Below are positions 54,650-64,000 of a DNA stretch of 64,000 nucleotides, one piece after another (position 1 is the first letter of the stretch; each line of letters begins with the position of its first letter). The notes beneath the pieces are model-generated. The model worked only from the letters and a program-made list of their open reading frames with translations. It was not told the origin of the DNA and made no database searches. The position numbers and the translations under genes were made by a program. The stretch comes from Chloroflexota bacterium. GTDB taxonomy: Bacteria; Chloroflexota; Dehalococcoidia; UBA2979. The stretch spans positions 13,090 through 77,089 of the forward strand of contig VGPD01000002.1 of NCBI GenBank assembly GCA_016875635.1. Reading direction: 5' to 3'.

Positions 54650-55444
54650 ATGTCTGGTTCTCGGCGCTTGGCACGTTAGCTCGTTCTCCTGACGCTCGCC
54701 GCCGCACTGGGACTGGGGCGGAGCGCCCATGCCCAGGAGCCGCCCGTCCAGACGACCCAGGTCCCGGGTTCGCTGAGCACCAGCGGGAGCTACAACGCGA
54801 AGGTCAGCACCTCAAGCTCCGGGTTCTTTGAGCGAGCAGGGACCTATTCAGCCAGTGTCTCCTTCACCGCTGCGGTCTCGGTGTCCGGCGTCAACGTCCA
54901 GGTGCCCAGCGGAAGCTACCAGGCGACCGGGCCATTCACCGCCACCGTCAGTGCACCAGGTGTCGCACCGTTCGTCGTCACCGGGACGTACAACGCCGGG
55001 GGGACCTTCGCGGCGGGGACCTTCGTGAGCTCCGGTCAGTGGACCGTGACCTCGGGGGGAGCCGCGTCCGGCTCCCACAGCGGAGGAGGCACGTACAACC
55101 TGTCCACGATGACGGTGGCCGCGAACGGGCAGTACGTCGGTGCGGCTGCTGGGCCAGCACACGGACGGGCGTGTCGCCGCTCTCACGCTCACGATGCCGG
55201 CTGGGGGCCCAGTTCGGGCGCGCTGGGCGACCTCCAGGTCGAGGCCCGACGTGTGGAGCCTGCGCGGCGCGCCGGGTTCCCACCGCCCGAGTCCTACGTG
55301 CTCGACCTCCGCTTCAGCACCCCGTCGAGTTCGTCGACGCTCTCGGGAGTTCGAGGCCGCGTGACCATCGGGCCGATGTACCCGGTGATGCGAGCCGACC
55401 AGCCCTGTCCCGATCAGCCCTACCGCGCGCTCCTCATCGTGTGA
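54650..55444 (+). pseudogene. secreted Gly/Ser/Thr-rich repeat protein with an in-frame TAG inside its signal peptide
   Basis: GGGGAGG RBS, then ATG MSGSRRLAR-TAG-LVLLTLAAALGLGRSAHA/QEPP..., followed by GSY.A.V..G(T)Y repeats. Possible additional frame problems near 55150. Confidence 0.35.
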
Positions 55445-55945
55445 GACGCGGTTGGCAGCTAGGTCGCGCGAATCGAGCCGGCGGTCGATGGTGCCTACGC
55501 GCTCCCGCTCTCGCGGGGTTCGTATCTGATGGCGCTGCTGTCGCCACCGGTGTCGCGTTTGCCGTGGGCCCCACGCGGGCGTTCGATGTGCAGTCATCGG
55601 TGTGGACAGTGTTGGACGTCGCTTTCGACAGCGGGATTCGATAACGAACGTGGTGCGGTGAGATCCCCAGGAGATTCAGCCGGGGACAGCGGACATAACG
55701 ATCATATGTTCTGGCAATAGCCCCGGGGGTATTGCGCTGGCGGTCGTAAGGCGGCACGATCTCACCATTGTTTGAGGCAGACGCCAAAACTCGCGGCGCA
55801 TGGGCGTCCCGAGTACGGGGGAACCAACTACTGGGGCGTAACGGTCGGAGCCGGTGAATCCGGGGACGACAGTGCGGGACCTCCACCCGTAGCCCGTCAG
55901 CTCACCTCGTCGGCGTAAGGAGGAACCCCGGAGAGGGTTCCGCCG

Positions 55946-57748
55946 TTGATTAATTTTCCTGCTTTGGGTGTGCCATTGCGTGCCCGGGGCGATCAGCCTG
56001 CCACCACCACGCCGCCCTTGGGTCCCAGTTCGCCGACATGGTGGCGGGTGAGCGACGCGATCCCGTTCATCCTGTCGGTGGCGTTGGCCTCTTCGGTATT
56101 CTGGGCGCCCTGGACGCAAACGACCGCGGCGATCCTCGCGATCTCCCTCACCGTGTTCTTCATCTACTGGGTAATCCGTTCGTACTCGGTGGGCATCGCG
56201 GTGTGGGTTGGCCTGCGGCGCATCCGGGAGTGGACCGCCACGGACTGGCACGGCAAGTACGAGGCGTGGTCGCGCTCACACGCGGACGCGCCGGCATGGG
56301 ACTGGCCGCGCCATCTCGTCATCGTGCCCAACTACAAGGAGCACGAGGAAGGGCTGGCGCGCACGCTTCGGTCACTGGCGACCCAGGCGAACGCGCGGCA
56401 GGTCGTCGTTGTCCTTGCCATGGAGGCGCGCGAGGCAGAGGCGGCAGGCAAGTCAGAGCGGCTCATCGCCCAGTTCCAGGGCGCGTTCGCCGGTATTTAC
56501 GCGACCTTCCACCCGGCCGGGCTCCCCGGCGAGCTCGCCGGCAAGGGCTCCAACGAGGCGTGGGCCGCCCGTGAGATGTACACGCGTCTCATTGAGCGCG
56601 ACGGTGACGACCTCGGTCGGTACACGGTCACATCGTGCGACGCGGACGCTGTCTTCCATCCCCGGCACTTTGTGGCCCTCAACTACCGGTTTCTCGCGGC
56701 GGCGGATCGCTACCGGACGTTCTGGCAGCCGACCATCTTCAACTCGAACAACATCTGGGACATCCCCTCGCCGTTGCGGATCCCGGACGGGCTCTCTGGC
56801 ATCAACCGCACCGCGAACCTGGTGCTCCCATTCGCCGTGAAGTTCCCGACCTCGTGCTACTCTCTCTCGTGGTCGATGCTGCATGAGATCGACTACTGGG
56901 ATGAAGAAGTCATCCCCGAGGACTGGCACGTCTACCTGAAAGCGTGCTTCACCCTGGGTGACCGTGTGGGTGTCGACCCGATCTTTATCCCGCTGGGCAA
57001 CGACTGCGTTCTGGCGCCGGGCGGGACGTGGGCCACGCTGAAAGCGCACTACGAGCAGTCGAAGCGTCACGCCTGGGGCGCCAGTGACATCACCTACGCG
57101 TGGAACGCGACCTTCCGTCGCGGGCCGCTGTCAGTGGGCAGGCGATTGATCCTTGCCCTGGCCCTGACGAAGACGCACGTCTTCTGGGTAGCGCAGTGGT
57201 ACATCGTCACGCTGGGTATCCTTGTCCCGGCCAAGATGTCGGGCACCTTCGGTGCATCGATGCCGCTCTGGTGGACGCACAAGGCGTTCAACATCCCGGG
57301 CCCCGGCTGGCACCCCGAGAACGTGGCGCATGTCGACAGGTGGCTCGCATTCGACAAGTCAGGCGTTGTCGAGCCGAGCATGTGGCTGAACTTCAACGGG
57401 CTGCTGATCGCCGTCTGCCTGCTGCCGCTGATCGCACTGATCGTCTTCGAAACCCGGACCCGTCCCGCGCGGCCGGACTGGGTGACGGGATGGGGTCTGT
57501 TACGACAGTACGTGATGTGGCCGGCGATGGGCGTGATCACGTTCTTCTGGGCGAGCATGCCCGCTCTGCACGCCCAGTGGCGTCTCGCTGCCGGGAAAGG
57601 CCTCGTCTACAAGGTGGCCGAGAAAGGTACCCGCCAGATGGCGGCTGCCGCGGAGGCAGCGCATCACGCGGCGACCGCATCGCATGACAACGCGCTCGCC
57701 CGACATCTTGAACCCGTCGAGGCACTGGTGGTGGAGGCTCGCCCATGA
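55946..57748 (+). CDS. membrane-integrated family-2 glycosyltransferase (processive synthase-like)
   Basis: VIVPNYKEHEE, DAD, and Q-x2-RW-like AHYEQSKRHAWG. Multiple TM helices on both sides of the catalytic domain. Confidence 0.65.
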   Translation: MINFPALGVPLRARGDQPATTTPPLGPSSPTWWRVSDAIPFILSVALASSVFWAPWTQTTAAILAISLTVFFIYWVIRSYSVGIAVWVGLRRIREWTATDWHGKYEAWSRSHADAPAWDWPRHLVIVPNYKEHEEGLARTLRSLATQANARQVVVVLAMEAREAEAAGKSERLIAQFQGAFAGIYATFHPAGLPGELAGKGSNEAWAAREMYTRLIERDGDDLGRYTVTSCDADAVFHPRHFVALNYRFLAAADRYRTFWQPTIFNSNNIWDIPSPLRIPDGLSGINRTANLVLPFAVKFPTSCYSLSWSMLHEIDYWDEEVIPEDWHVYLKACFTLGDRVGVDPIFIPLGNDCVLAPGGTWATLKAHYEQSKRHAWGASDITYAWNATFRRGPLSVGRRLILALALTKTHVFWVAQWYIVTLGILVPAKMSGTFGASMPLWWTHKAFNIPGPGWHPENVAHVDRWLAFDKSGVVEPSMWLNFNGLLIAVCLLPLIALIVFETRTRPARPDWVTGWGLLRQYVMWPAMGVITFFWASMPALHAQWRLAAGKGLVYKVAEKGTRQMAAAAEAAHHAATASHDNALARHLEPVEALVVEARP

Positions 57749-58059
57749 CGACTCTGACTCAGCTCGAATGGCGGACGATGGCGGACGACCACCGCTACCT
57801 GATCCGGGACATGGCGCTCGGGGACACGACGATCTCCGAGACCATCCTTCACCCGATGCAGAGCACGAAGGGGCACTCTCACCCGTGGCCGGAGGTGTAC
57901 CTCTGCAACTCGGGCGAGGGCATTCTGTATCTGGATCATGACGCCGGTCACCCACTGGTACCGGGCTCGCGGTACGTCATCCCCGGGGGCGTGCATCATC
58001 GCGTGTCGACGGTGACGGGCGTGACATTCACCTGTGTATTCGAAGGACCGCGCCGCTAA
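57745..58059 (+). CDS. cupin-domain protein
   Basis: Metal-binding HSHPWPEVY...G and HH motifs. ATGA overlap with the GT2 gene. Confidence 0.5.
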   Translation: MTTLTQLEWRTMADDHRYLIRDMALGDTTISETILHPMQSTKGHSHPWPEVYLCNSGEGILYLDHDAGHPLVPGSRYVIPGGVHHRVSTVTGVTFTCVFEGPRR

Positions 58060-58224
58060 CGCGCCTGAGCGTCCAGAGTGGCCCGGGGCCCGCCGCATGG
58101 CGGGCCTCTTCGTACACCAGCGCAGCAGACGTACCTCGCGCTCGTGGGGAGATTTGACCGGGCGAGGCCGCCCGACTCTTCACGGCGTGGACTTCACCCG
58201 TTATCCTCCGCCTAGGCGGGTGGG

Positions 58225-59820
58225 GTGGGAGTACTGGCTGTGACGCTCGCCATGCCGCGTTTCCGGTCTGCGTCTACTCGTGCGTGCACCTCGATGCGAC
58301 GCGTGGCCGGAGCCTCCCTGCTTTCGCTCTTCTTGGGCCTTCTACCGCCCGTGCTCACCGCCTCCGCTGACGGGCCGGATCTCGTGCGCGCGCAGAGCGC
58401 CCTGGTCGTCGCGAACCGCGATCCGTTGCCTGCCGGCTCGATCGCGGTCGTCCGCGCGGATGGCGACTGTCTGCGGGTACGCCCCGAGGCGAGTCTGACC
58501 GGGGCGCCGCTCGCGTGTGTCCCCAGCGGTAGCGTCGCGACGGTCCTGCCCCTGACACGCGATGCCGACGGCTATCGGTGGCAACTCGTCACGACGAGTG
58601 GGTTCACAGGCTGGGTGGCCGATGTCTACCTCGCTCCATTCGGCGGTCCGGCGTCTCCATCGTCGAGTGGTGGCACTTCCGGCGGCCCTCCCGTAGCCGC
58701 GTCGCCTCCCGGGGCGGCTGCCTGCATCAGGAGCATTGCTCCCGTGAAGCCGGGACTGAACACGTCGCTGTCGCCGACGGGCCTGAACCTCGCGCTCTGG
58801 GGCGGCGGCACGATGAATGCGCTGGCCACGGCGACCGAAGCCCAGGGCTGCAGGATCACAGCGATCTACGCGAACCGACCGAGCGACGGATCGCTCGTCC
58901 CGTACCTGGTTGGGGTGCCGGATTTCGTGAACGCGGAGTGGCAGTCGGTGTTTGCCGGCGGGCGCATCCCGGCGGGGACGGCGCTGATGTTGATCTGTGG
59001 GGCCACGGGGACGCAGGCCATGGTGTCCGTCCCATCGCCAGAGCCGACCGCGCCGGCCCCCCGAAAGATCGGCCTGAAGCCGGCGCCACTGGTGAGTGCC
59101 GCGGCTGTCGCGATCGTCGACGGCGACTCGGGTGCGCTGCTGTATGACAAGAACGCGAATACCCCGCGGCCTCCGGCCAGCCTGACGAAGATCGCGACGG
59201 CGATCCTGGCGGTCGAGGGGACTGAGCTGGCCTCCGGCGTCACGGTCGACGTGGACGGCCCGCGCATGGCCGCGCGGGACGGCAGCAGCATCATGGGCCT
59301 GCGTCCGGGCGACTGTTACACCAAGGCCGACCTGCTGTACGGACTCATGCTTCCCTCCGGTAACGATGCCGCTGTCGCCATCGCGAAGTATGAGGCCGGG
59401 AGTGAGGCGGCCTTTGTCACGCAGATGAACACGCTGGTGCGCCGGCTCGGGCTGACGGGCACGCTGTTCACCGACCCGCACGGGCTCGGCTCTCCGCAAC
59501 ACCGGAGCACCGCGTACGACCTGGCGATGATGGCGCGGTATGGGATGACCCTGCCGCAGTTCCGGGAGGTAGTGGGAGCACCGCTGCGGACGACCGGTGG
59601 CTCACGCAGTATCCCGCTGTACAACACGAATGCATTGCTTCAGCGCTACCCGGGTGCCGATGGCGTGAAGACCGGATTCACCGAGGAAGCCGGTCGCACG
59701 ATCGTGGTGTCGGCGGTCCGTAACGGCCACCGGGTCTTCGTTGCCCTGCTCGACGACCAGAACCGCGAGGATAGCGCAGTGACCCTCCTGGACTGGGTGT
59801 TCCAGAATTACCAGTGGTAG
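58225..59820 (+). CDS. D-alanyl-D-alanine carboxypeptidase (peptidase S11) with N-terminal SH3b-like domain
   Basis: SLTK (SxxK), SGN, and a C-terminal KTG-like region. The N-terminus has a signal peptide and an SH3b-like region. Confidence 0.75.
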   Translation: MGVLAVTLAMPRFRSASTRACTSMRRVAGASLLSLFLGLLPPVLTASADGPDLVRAQSALVVANRDPLPAGSIAVVRADGDCLRVRPEASLTGAPLACVPSGSVATVLPLTRDADGYRWQLVTTSGFTGWVADVYLAPFGGPASPSSSGGTSGGPPVAASPPGAAACIRSIAPVKPGLNTSLSPTGLNLALWGGGTMNALATATEAQGCRITAIYANRPSDGSLVPYLVGVPDFVNAEWQSVFAGGRIPAGTALMLICGATGTQAMVSVPSPEPTAPAPRKIGLKPAPLVSAAAVAIVDGDSGALLYDKNANTPRPPASLTKIATAILAVEGTELASGVTVDVDGPRMAARDGSSIMGLRPGDCYTKADLLYGLMLPSGNDAAVAIAKYEAGSEAAFVTQMNTLVRRLGLTGTLFTDPHGLGSPQHRSTAYDLAMMARYGMTLPQFREVVGAPLRTTGGSRSIPLYNTNALLQRYPGADGVKTGFTEEAGRTIVVSAVRNGHRVFVALLDDQNREDSAVTLLDWVFQNYQW

Positions 59821-59850
59821 AGGCGGGGCCGGTTTCTGGATCCGCGGGCG

Positions 59851-60216
59851 CTAGGCCCGTTCCACCCGCTCCAGGGGGACGACGAAGAGCACCGCGCCGC
59901 CGATCCGGACGTCCACCGTGCCTGTATTTGGCATCTCCAGTTCGTCCGCGAATGGCAGACTGGCAAGGGCCATTGGTTCGAGGACCTCGGGGAACTCGCG
60001 GTACAGGAGCGCGGTCAGCTCGGGCACCCGGGACTCATGGATCGCGCTGAATACGGTGGCTGAGCCACGGCGGAGAAAGCCGCCGGAGGATCCGACGCGT
60101 GTGGCGCCGAGATCCAGTGTTCCGAGGGCGGCAATCAGCCGGTCACCATCCCCGTCCGGGACGATAATGACGCAGAGCTTGTTGGCCTGCGGTTCGGTCC
60201 GGTGTGGAGTGGTCAC
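59851..60216 (-). CDS. DarA/PstA-like (DUF970, PII-like) putative cyclic-di-AMP receptor
   Basis: KLCVIIVPDGDGDRLIAALGTLDLGATRVGSSGGFLRRGSATVF matches the DUF970 core. GTG start with GAGGAGG RBS. The ORF-track N-terminus is an Arg-rich artefact. Confidence 0.55.
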   Translation of the reverse strand: MTTPHRTEPQANKLCVIIVPDGDGDRLIAALGTLDLGATRVGSSGGFLRRGSATVFSAIHESRVPELTALLYREFPEVLEPMALASLPFADELEMPNTGTVDVRIGGAVLFVVPLERVERA

Positions 60217-60238
60217 GGGGGTGCCTCCTCGGCCTTCG

Positions 60239-60754
60239 CTAGTCCTGCGCCGGGAACTCTGCGCGGACGCGTGCGTCCTTCTCTTCGACAGCGGTCGCCA
60301 GCGCCGCCTGCGCGCTCGCGATCTTCGACGCCAGCGCCGGATCATGCGCACCCAGTATCCGCACGGCCAAGAGCCCCGCGTTCCTCGCGTTCCCGATGGC
60401 GACCGTCGCGACCGGGATGCCGGCCGGCATCTGCACGATCGAGAGGAGTGAGTCGAGGCCGTCGAGGGTGGCGAGCGGGACCGGTACGCCGACCACGGGA
60501 AGTGTGGTGAGAGACGCCGTCATGCCGGGCAGGTGGGCGGCTCCACCTGCGCCTGCGATGATCACCCTGAGGCCACGCGCCGCAGCGGACTGCGCGTACT
60601 CCACCATGCCGAGCGGTGTCCGATGCGCGGAGATCACCCGGACCTCGTGGGGCACGCCGTACTCAGACAGCACGTCGGCGGCAGCCCGCATGGTCGGGAG
60701 GTCGGAGTCGCTGCCCATAATGATTCCGACGATTGGGGTGATGGACTGGGTCAT
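60239..60754 (-). CDS. purE: N5-carboxyaminoimidazole ribonucleotide mutase
   Basis: [15 protein letters not shown]...VISAHRTP...[14 protein letters not shown]. Confidence 0.9.
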   Translation of the reverse strand: MTQSITPIVGIIMGSDSDLPTMRAAADVLSEYGVPHEVRVISAHRTPLGMVEYAQSAAARGLRVIIAGAGGAAHLPGMTASLTTLPVVGVPVPLATLDGLDSLLSIVQMPAGIPVATVAIGNARNAGLLAVRILGAHDPALASKIASAQAALATAVEEKDARVRAEFPAQD

Positions 60755-61929
60755 GAATTTCTCCCGTCGGGCGACTGCGCCCTCGGCCTGCGCCCCGTGA
60801 GCAGGGCCGCAGCGCGGACGGCGCGGGCGCGCGTTTCATCGGCGTCCGTCCCCCAGGCGTTCACATGACCGACCTTACGCCCCGGCCGTACTTCCTTGCC
60901 GTAGAGGTGCGGGTGGACGCCGCCGGGGAGTGCGATGGCGGAGGGCACGCGCGGCGCCAGGCTCTCACGGTCCTCCCCGAGCAGGTTCGCCATCACCACA
61001 TACGGTGTGAGCAGGTCCGTGGGCCCCAGGGGCCAGTCGAGGACCGCGCGCAGGTGGTTCTCGAACTGTGACGTGGCGCACGCGTCCATGCTGAAATGTC
61101 CGGAGTTGTGCGGGCGCGTGGCGACCTCGTTGATGACGAGGCCACCGTCGACCATGAACAGTTCAGTCGCGAACACACCTGTGACATCGATCAGTTCGGC
61201 GATCTGCAGGCCGATCCGGCGCGCGTCATCGGCGATGCCCGCAGGGACATCCGCTGGCGCGATGACCTCGTGGCAGATGCCGTCACGCTGCACGGTCTCA
61301 ACGATCGGGTAGACAGCGCATTCCCCGCCGGGACGGCGCGCGACGAGGACGGCGAGCTCGCGCTGGATCGGGACAAGCGCCTCAACGAGCAGGGGTGTGC
61401 CTCTCGCGGCTGCATCGCGCACGAGGTCAGCGGCCGCCGTCCAGTCATTCAGGATCCAGACGCCGCGGCCGTCGTACCCGCCGCGCTGTGCTTTGGCCAC
61501 GACGGGCCAGCCGTGGGTCCCGGCAAACGCGACGATATCGTCGACGGTCAGGACCTCGAGGAAGGACGGGACGGGGAGGCCGGCGCGCGCGAATTCCGTG
61601 CGCTGGTGCAGCTTGTCCTTCGCGAAACGGAGGGCACGGGCTCCTGGCCGCACGATCCCGCCGGCCGCCTCGATGGCTTCGAGGGCGTCGTCATCGACGA
61701 GTTCGTGGTCGAGCGTGACGACGTCACAACGGGCGGCAAACGCAATGAGGTCGGCACGAGAGTCAGGCGAACCGAGATCGACAACGGGGCAGACGCGGGC
61801 AGCGGATTCGTCCGGTCGTTCCGCGAGGACGCGCACGCCGACGCCGAGCGCAATCGCCGCCTGGTAGGTCATCCGCGCGAGTTGTCCCGCACCGACGATG
61901 CCCACAACCGGGAATCCGTCTGGCGTCAC
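60751..61929 (-). CDS. purK: N5-carboxyaminoimidazole ribonucleotide synthase
   Basis: ATP-grasp protein immediately upstream of purE with a 4-nt overlap. [13 protein letters not shown]-terminus. Confidence 0.8.
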   Translation of the reverse strand: MTPDGFPVVGIVGAGQLARMTYQAAIALGVGVRVLAERPDESAARVCPVVDLGSPDSRADLIAFAARCDVVTLDHELVDDDALEAIEAAGGIVRPGARALRFAKDKLHQRTEFARAGLPVPSFLEVLTVDDIVAFAGTHGWPVVAKAQRGGYDGRGVWILNDWTAAADLVRDAAARGTPLLVEALVPIQRELAVLVARRPGGECAVYPIVETVQRDGICHEVIAPADVPAGIADDARRIGLQIAELIDVTGVFATELFMVDGGLVINEVATRPHNSGHFSMDACATSQFENHLRAVLDWPLGPTDLLTPYVVMANLLGEDRESLAPRVPSAIALPGGVHPHLYGKEVRPGRKVGHVNAWGTDADETRARAVRAAALLTGRRPRAQSPDGRNS

Positions 61930-62255
61930 GGTCGCTCCTCACACGGTCCGGCCCGGCTTCGATTCTAGCGTCCGCCTCGGAAGCGGGCATTCGGAGGGAG
62001 GATGCCGTCATGCTCCTGTGGCGAGGGCACTCGGCTTCGATGGGAGTCGGGGCGGCTGGACTGGCCACGAGTTTCTGGCACGGTTAACGTCGCGATTCGC
62101 TTCGGACGGGATCACCGCGCCGCCTCGCGAGGATCACCTGGCCGATCGGCCTATCTCAACCCGGAGGCGCTGGCGCTCTCGATCAACCGAGGTTTGCGTG
62201 AGGACGCGCGCGCGGTGGTGGAGCATCTCGCGGCGCGCGCGCCCTCGGTGGGCGA

Positions 62256-62516
62256 TTAGACGATCGCGTTCGCCTCCTCGGCCTTCCGGAGCGCCTCCGT
62301 GACTGCGGCCACTAGGGCACGCGCGGAAGTCGCATCGAGTTCCACCGCTACGCGTTCGCCAACGACATCGCTCAAGAAGTCGATGTTCAGCGCGTGTTCA
62401 TCATTCAACCGGACGGGATGGTCGTAGGACACCAGCGCCGTCTTCATGTTGAACCAGCCGCGCTCGCCCTTGCCGGCGCCGGTAATCGGGGTCTGTTCGA
62501 CGATGTTCGTGCACAT
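62256..62516 (-). CDS. small conserved hypothetical protein (86 aa)
   Basis: GGAGGGA RBS. MCTNIVEQTPITGAGKGERGWFN...YDHP...EHALNIDFL resembles a small actinobacterial DUF family. Function unknown. Confidence 0.4.
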   Translation of the reverse strand: MCTNIVEQTPITGAGKGERGWFNMKTALVSYDHPVRLNDEHALNIDFLSDVVGERVAVELDATSARALVAAVTEALRKAEEANAIV

Positions 62517-62536
62517 GACGTGTCTCCCTCCGCGGT

Positions 62537-63307
62537 CTACGCGAGGTGCTGCTCGAAGAACGCCCAGACTTTGCTCCACCCGTCCATTGCCTGTTCCTGG
62601 CGATAGGCCGCGCGGTCGTAGTAGAAGAAGCCGTGCCCGGCACCGTCGTAGCGGTGGAATTCGTACTGCTGCCCATGCTGTTTGAGCGCCGCCTCATGCT
62701 GGTCGACCTGCTCCGGGGTCGGCGCGCGGTCCTCGTTGCCGAAGATGCCAAGCAGCGGAATGTTGAGGCTCGGGGTCAGGTCGACCGGCGAGACCGGGCG
62801 CTTGTCGTTCAGGTCTTCCGGCCGAGCCACGACGCCGCCGCCCCAGAGGTCGGCGACAGCGGCGAACTGGTCGCTCTGGCAGGCGGTGAGGTACGCGTGA
62901 CGGCCCCCGGAGCAGGTGCCGATCACCCCAATCTTCCCGTTCGAATTGCCCGCGGCCTTCAGGTAGCGGGCTGACGCCTCGACGTCAGCCACCACCTGCG
63001 CGTCCGGCACTCCACCGGCGCCACGCACCATCACCATCACATCTTCGATTGTACCGTGGCCCACCCGCTCGTACAGGTTCGGGCAGATGGCGGCGTAACC
63101 ACGGCGGGCGAAGCGGAGCGTCGCCTCCTTGTACCAGTCGTCCCACCCGGGTGCGTGGTGGATGAGGACAACACCCGGGACGGGGCCAGATGCGGTCGGG
63201 CGGGCGTAGTAGGCGCGGATCGGATCGCCGTTCTGGCCGGTCACCATCACGGTCTCGGCGACGAGGCCTTCCTGCTGGTCAGTGCGATATGGCATGGGTT
63301 CCTCCAT
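62537..63307 (-). CDS. dienelactone hydrolase family protein
   Basis: VVLIHHAPGWDDWYKEATLRFARRGYAAICPNLY and GTCSGGRHAY nucleophile. Confidence 0.7.
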   Translation of the reverse strand: MEEPMPYRTDQQEGLVAETVMVTGQNGDPIRAYYARPTASGPVPGVVLIHHAPGWDDWYKEATLRFARRGYAAICPNLYERVGHGTIEDVMVMVRGAGGVPDAQVVADVEASARYLKAAGNSNGKIGVIGTCSGGRHAYLTACQSDQFAAVADLWGGGVVARPEDLNDKRPVSPVDLTPSLNIPLLGIFGNEDRAPTPEQVDQHEAALKQHGQQYEFHRYDGAGHGFFYYDRAAYRQEQAMDGWSKVWAFFEQHLA

Positions 63308-63412
63308 GGATGCATGGCGAGTGTCGGGCGCGGGCCCGGAGACCGCGTGACAGCATACCCGGCGTCCGGCCGGGCCTGCGGCTGAGGGTCGTGGTCGTTT
63401 CCGAGGCCCGGG

Positions 63413-64000
63413 CTAGGCCGAGTTGTCCCAGAAGTGGGTGTGCGCGGCAGGTGCCACATTCAACGCGTCGTAGAGCGGCCGCACCGTCGGGGTGGCGCCT
63501 TCTACGGCATGCTCCATCGCCCCCTGCCAGTACTGCTGGAGCGGGTTGAGGGCGTCCGCGTCGAAGCGGGCCTCCTGCATCTGGAAGGAGCCCCGCCTGT
63601 AGAGCACCGTGTCGACGGGGTAGTCGACGTCCGACGCGCTCGTGCGGGTCGCGTCGAACGAGAGCAGGCCCACTCGCAATGCTTCGAACAGGCCCTGGTC
63701 ATGCCGCCAGACACGGTCGAGGATCGGTTTTCCGTATCGCGACTCACCGATGATCACGTACGGGGCGCCGGTGCGGACCTCGACCCAGTTGCCTTCCGGA
63801 TAGATGAGATAGAGGCGATGTTGATCGTCCCCCTCGAGCTGTCCGCCAAAGATGCAGTGCAGGTCGAAGTAGAGGCCACCCTCCATGAGCCACTGAAGGT
63901 CCTCGCGGCGGACACGCCGCAGTTCCTCCGCCAAGACATTGGCCGCCATGTACATCTTCTTGAGCTCACCTGACGAGGACTGCAGGCGTTCCTCGAAGTA
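63413..64000 (-). CDS. proteasome-type (Ntn-hydrolase, COG3484-like) protease, N-terminus beyond window end
   Basis: Frame is open to the window edge. Conserved core LYLIYPEGNWVE...PYVIIGESRYGKPILD. Confidence 0.5.
   Translation of the reverse strand, partial: YFEERLQSSSGELKKMYMAANVLAEELRRVRREDLQWLMEGGLYFDLHCIFGGQLEGDDQHRLYLIYPEGNWVEVRTGAPYVIIGESRYGKPILDRVWRHDQGLFEALRVGLLSFDATRTSASDVDYPVDTVLYRRGSFQMQEARFDADALNPLQQYWQGAMEHAVEGATPTVRPLYDALNVAPAAHTHFWDNSA

Noticed and set aside
53963-54730. 255-aa minus-strand ORF
   Set aside because: Its 5' part runs antisense through the tRNA-Arg gene (it translates the tRNA as ...GRDSNPRP...). Only the downstream TPR-like portion from ATG 54475 was kept, at low confidence.

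Overview
This is a high-GC window (about 70% GC, TAG-rich stop usage) of chromosomal, mostly housekeeping or metabolic DNA. It is probably from an actinobacterium or a thermomicrobial Chloroflexi-like organism, suggested by an F420-type LLM oxidoreductase and a SARP-family regulator. No CRISPR array, transposase, integrase or rRNA was seen. Two tRNAs are present: tRNA-Pro(CGG) and tRNA-Arg(TCG).

Recognisable genes:
- polyphosphate metabolism and acyl-CoA: ppk1 with a Ppx C-terminal remnant, a CaiB-type CoA-transferase, a fused AccD-AccA carboxyltransferase and an acyl-CoA dehydrogenase;
- nucleic-acid and nucleotide functions: a DEAD-box helicase with a long disordered N-terminal region, RNase HI, gyrA, thiL-tsaE-tsaB-ndk and purEK;
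- envelope: a BY-kinase, a GT2 synthase, a D-Ala-D-Ala carboxypeptidase and a 3D-domain protein;
- others: a K+ channel with RCK domains, and an AAA+/VWA pair.

The most interesting locus is 5743..14211. It holds a Tat-exported NarG-like (type II DMSO-reductase family) molybdoenzyme operon (alpha-beta-gamma-delta plus an FmdE-like gene). The alpha subunit has an unusual Cys-x3-Asp-x3-Cys FS0 motif and is NxrA-sized at 1157 aa. It is divergently paired with a Cys-rich PAS plus SARP/BTAD regulator. Two sets of SARP-box-like TGTAACT heptamer repeats with 11-bp periodicity lie in the shared promoter region. Substrate and physiological role cannot be assigned from sequence.

Several otherwise intact genes carry in-frame stop codons: a BY-kinase (TAA), a secreted Gly-rich protein (TAG in the signal peptide) and a Thr/Pro-rich ORF pair (TAG). 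A SulP transporter survives only as a remnant.
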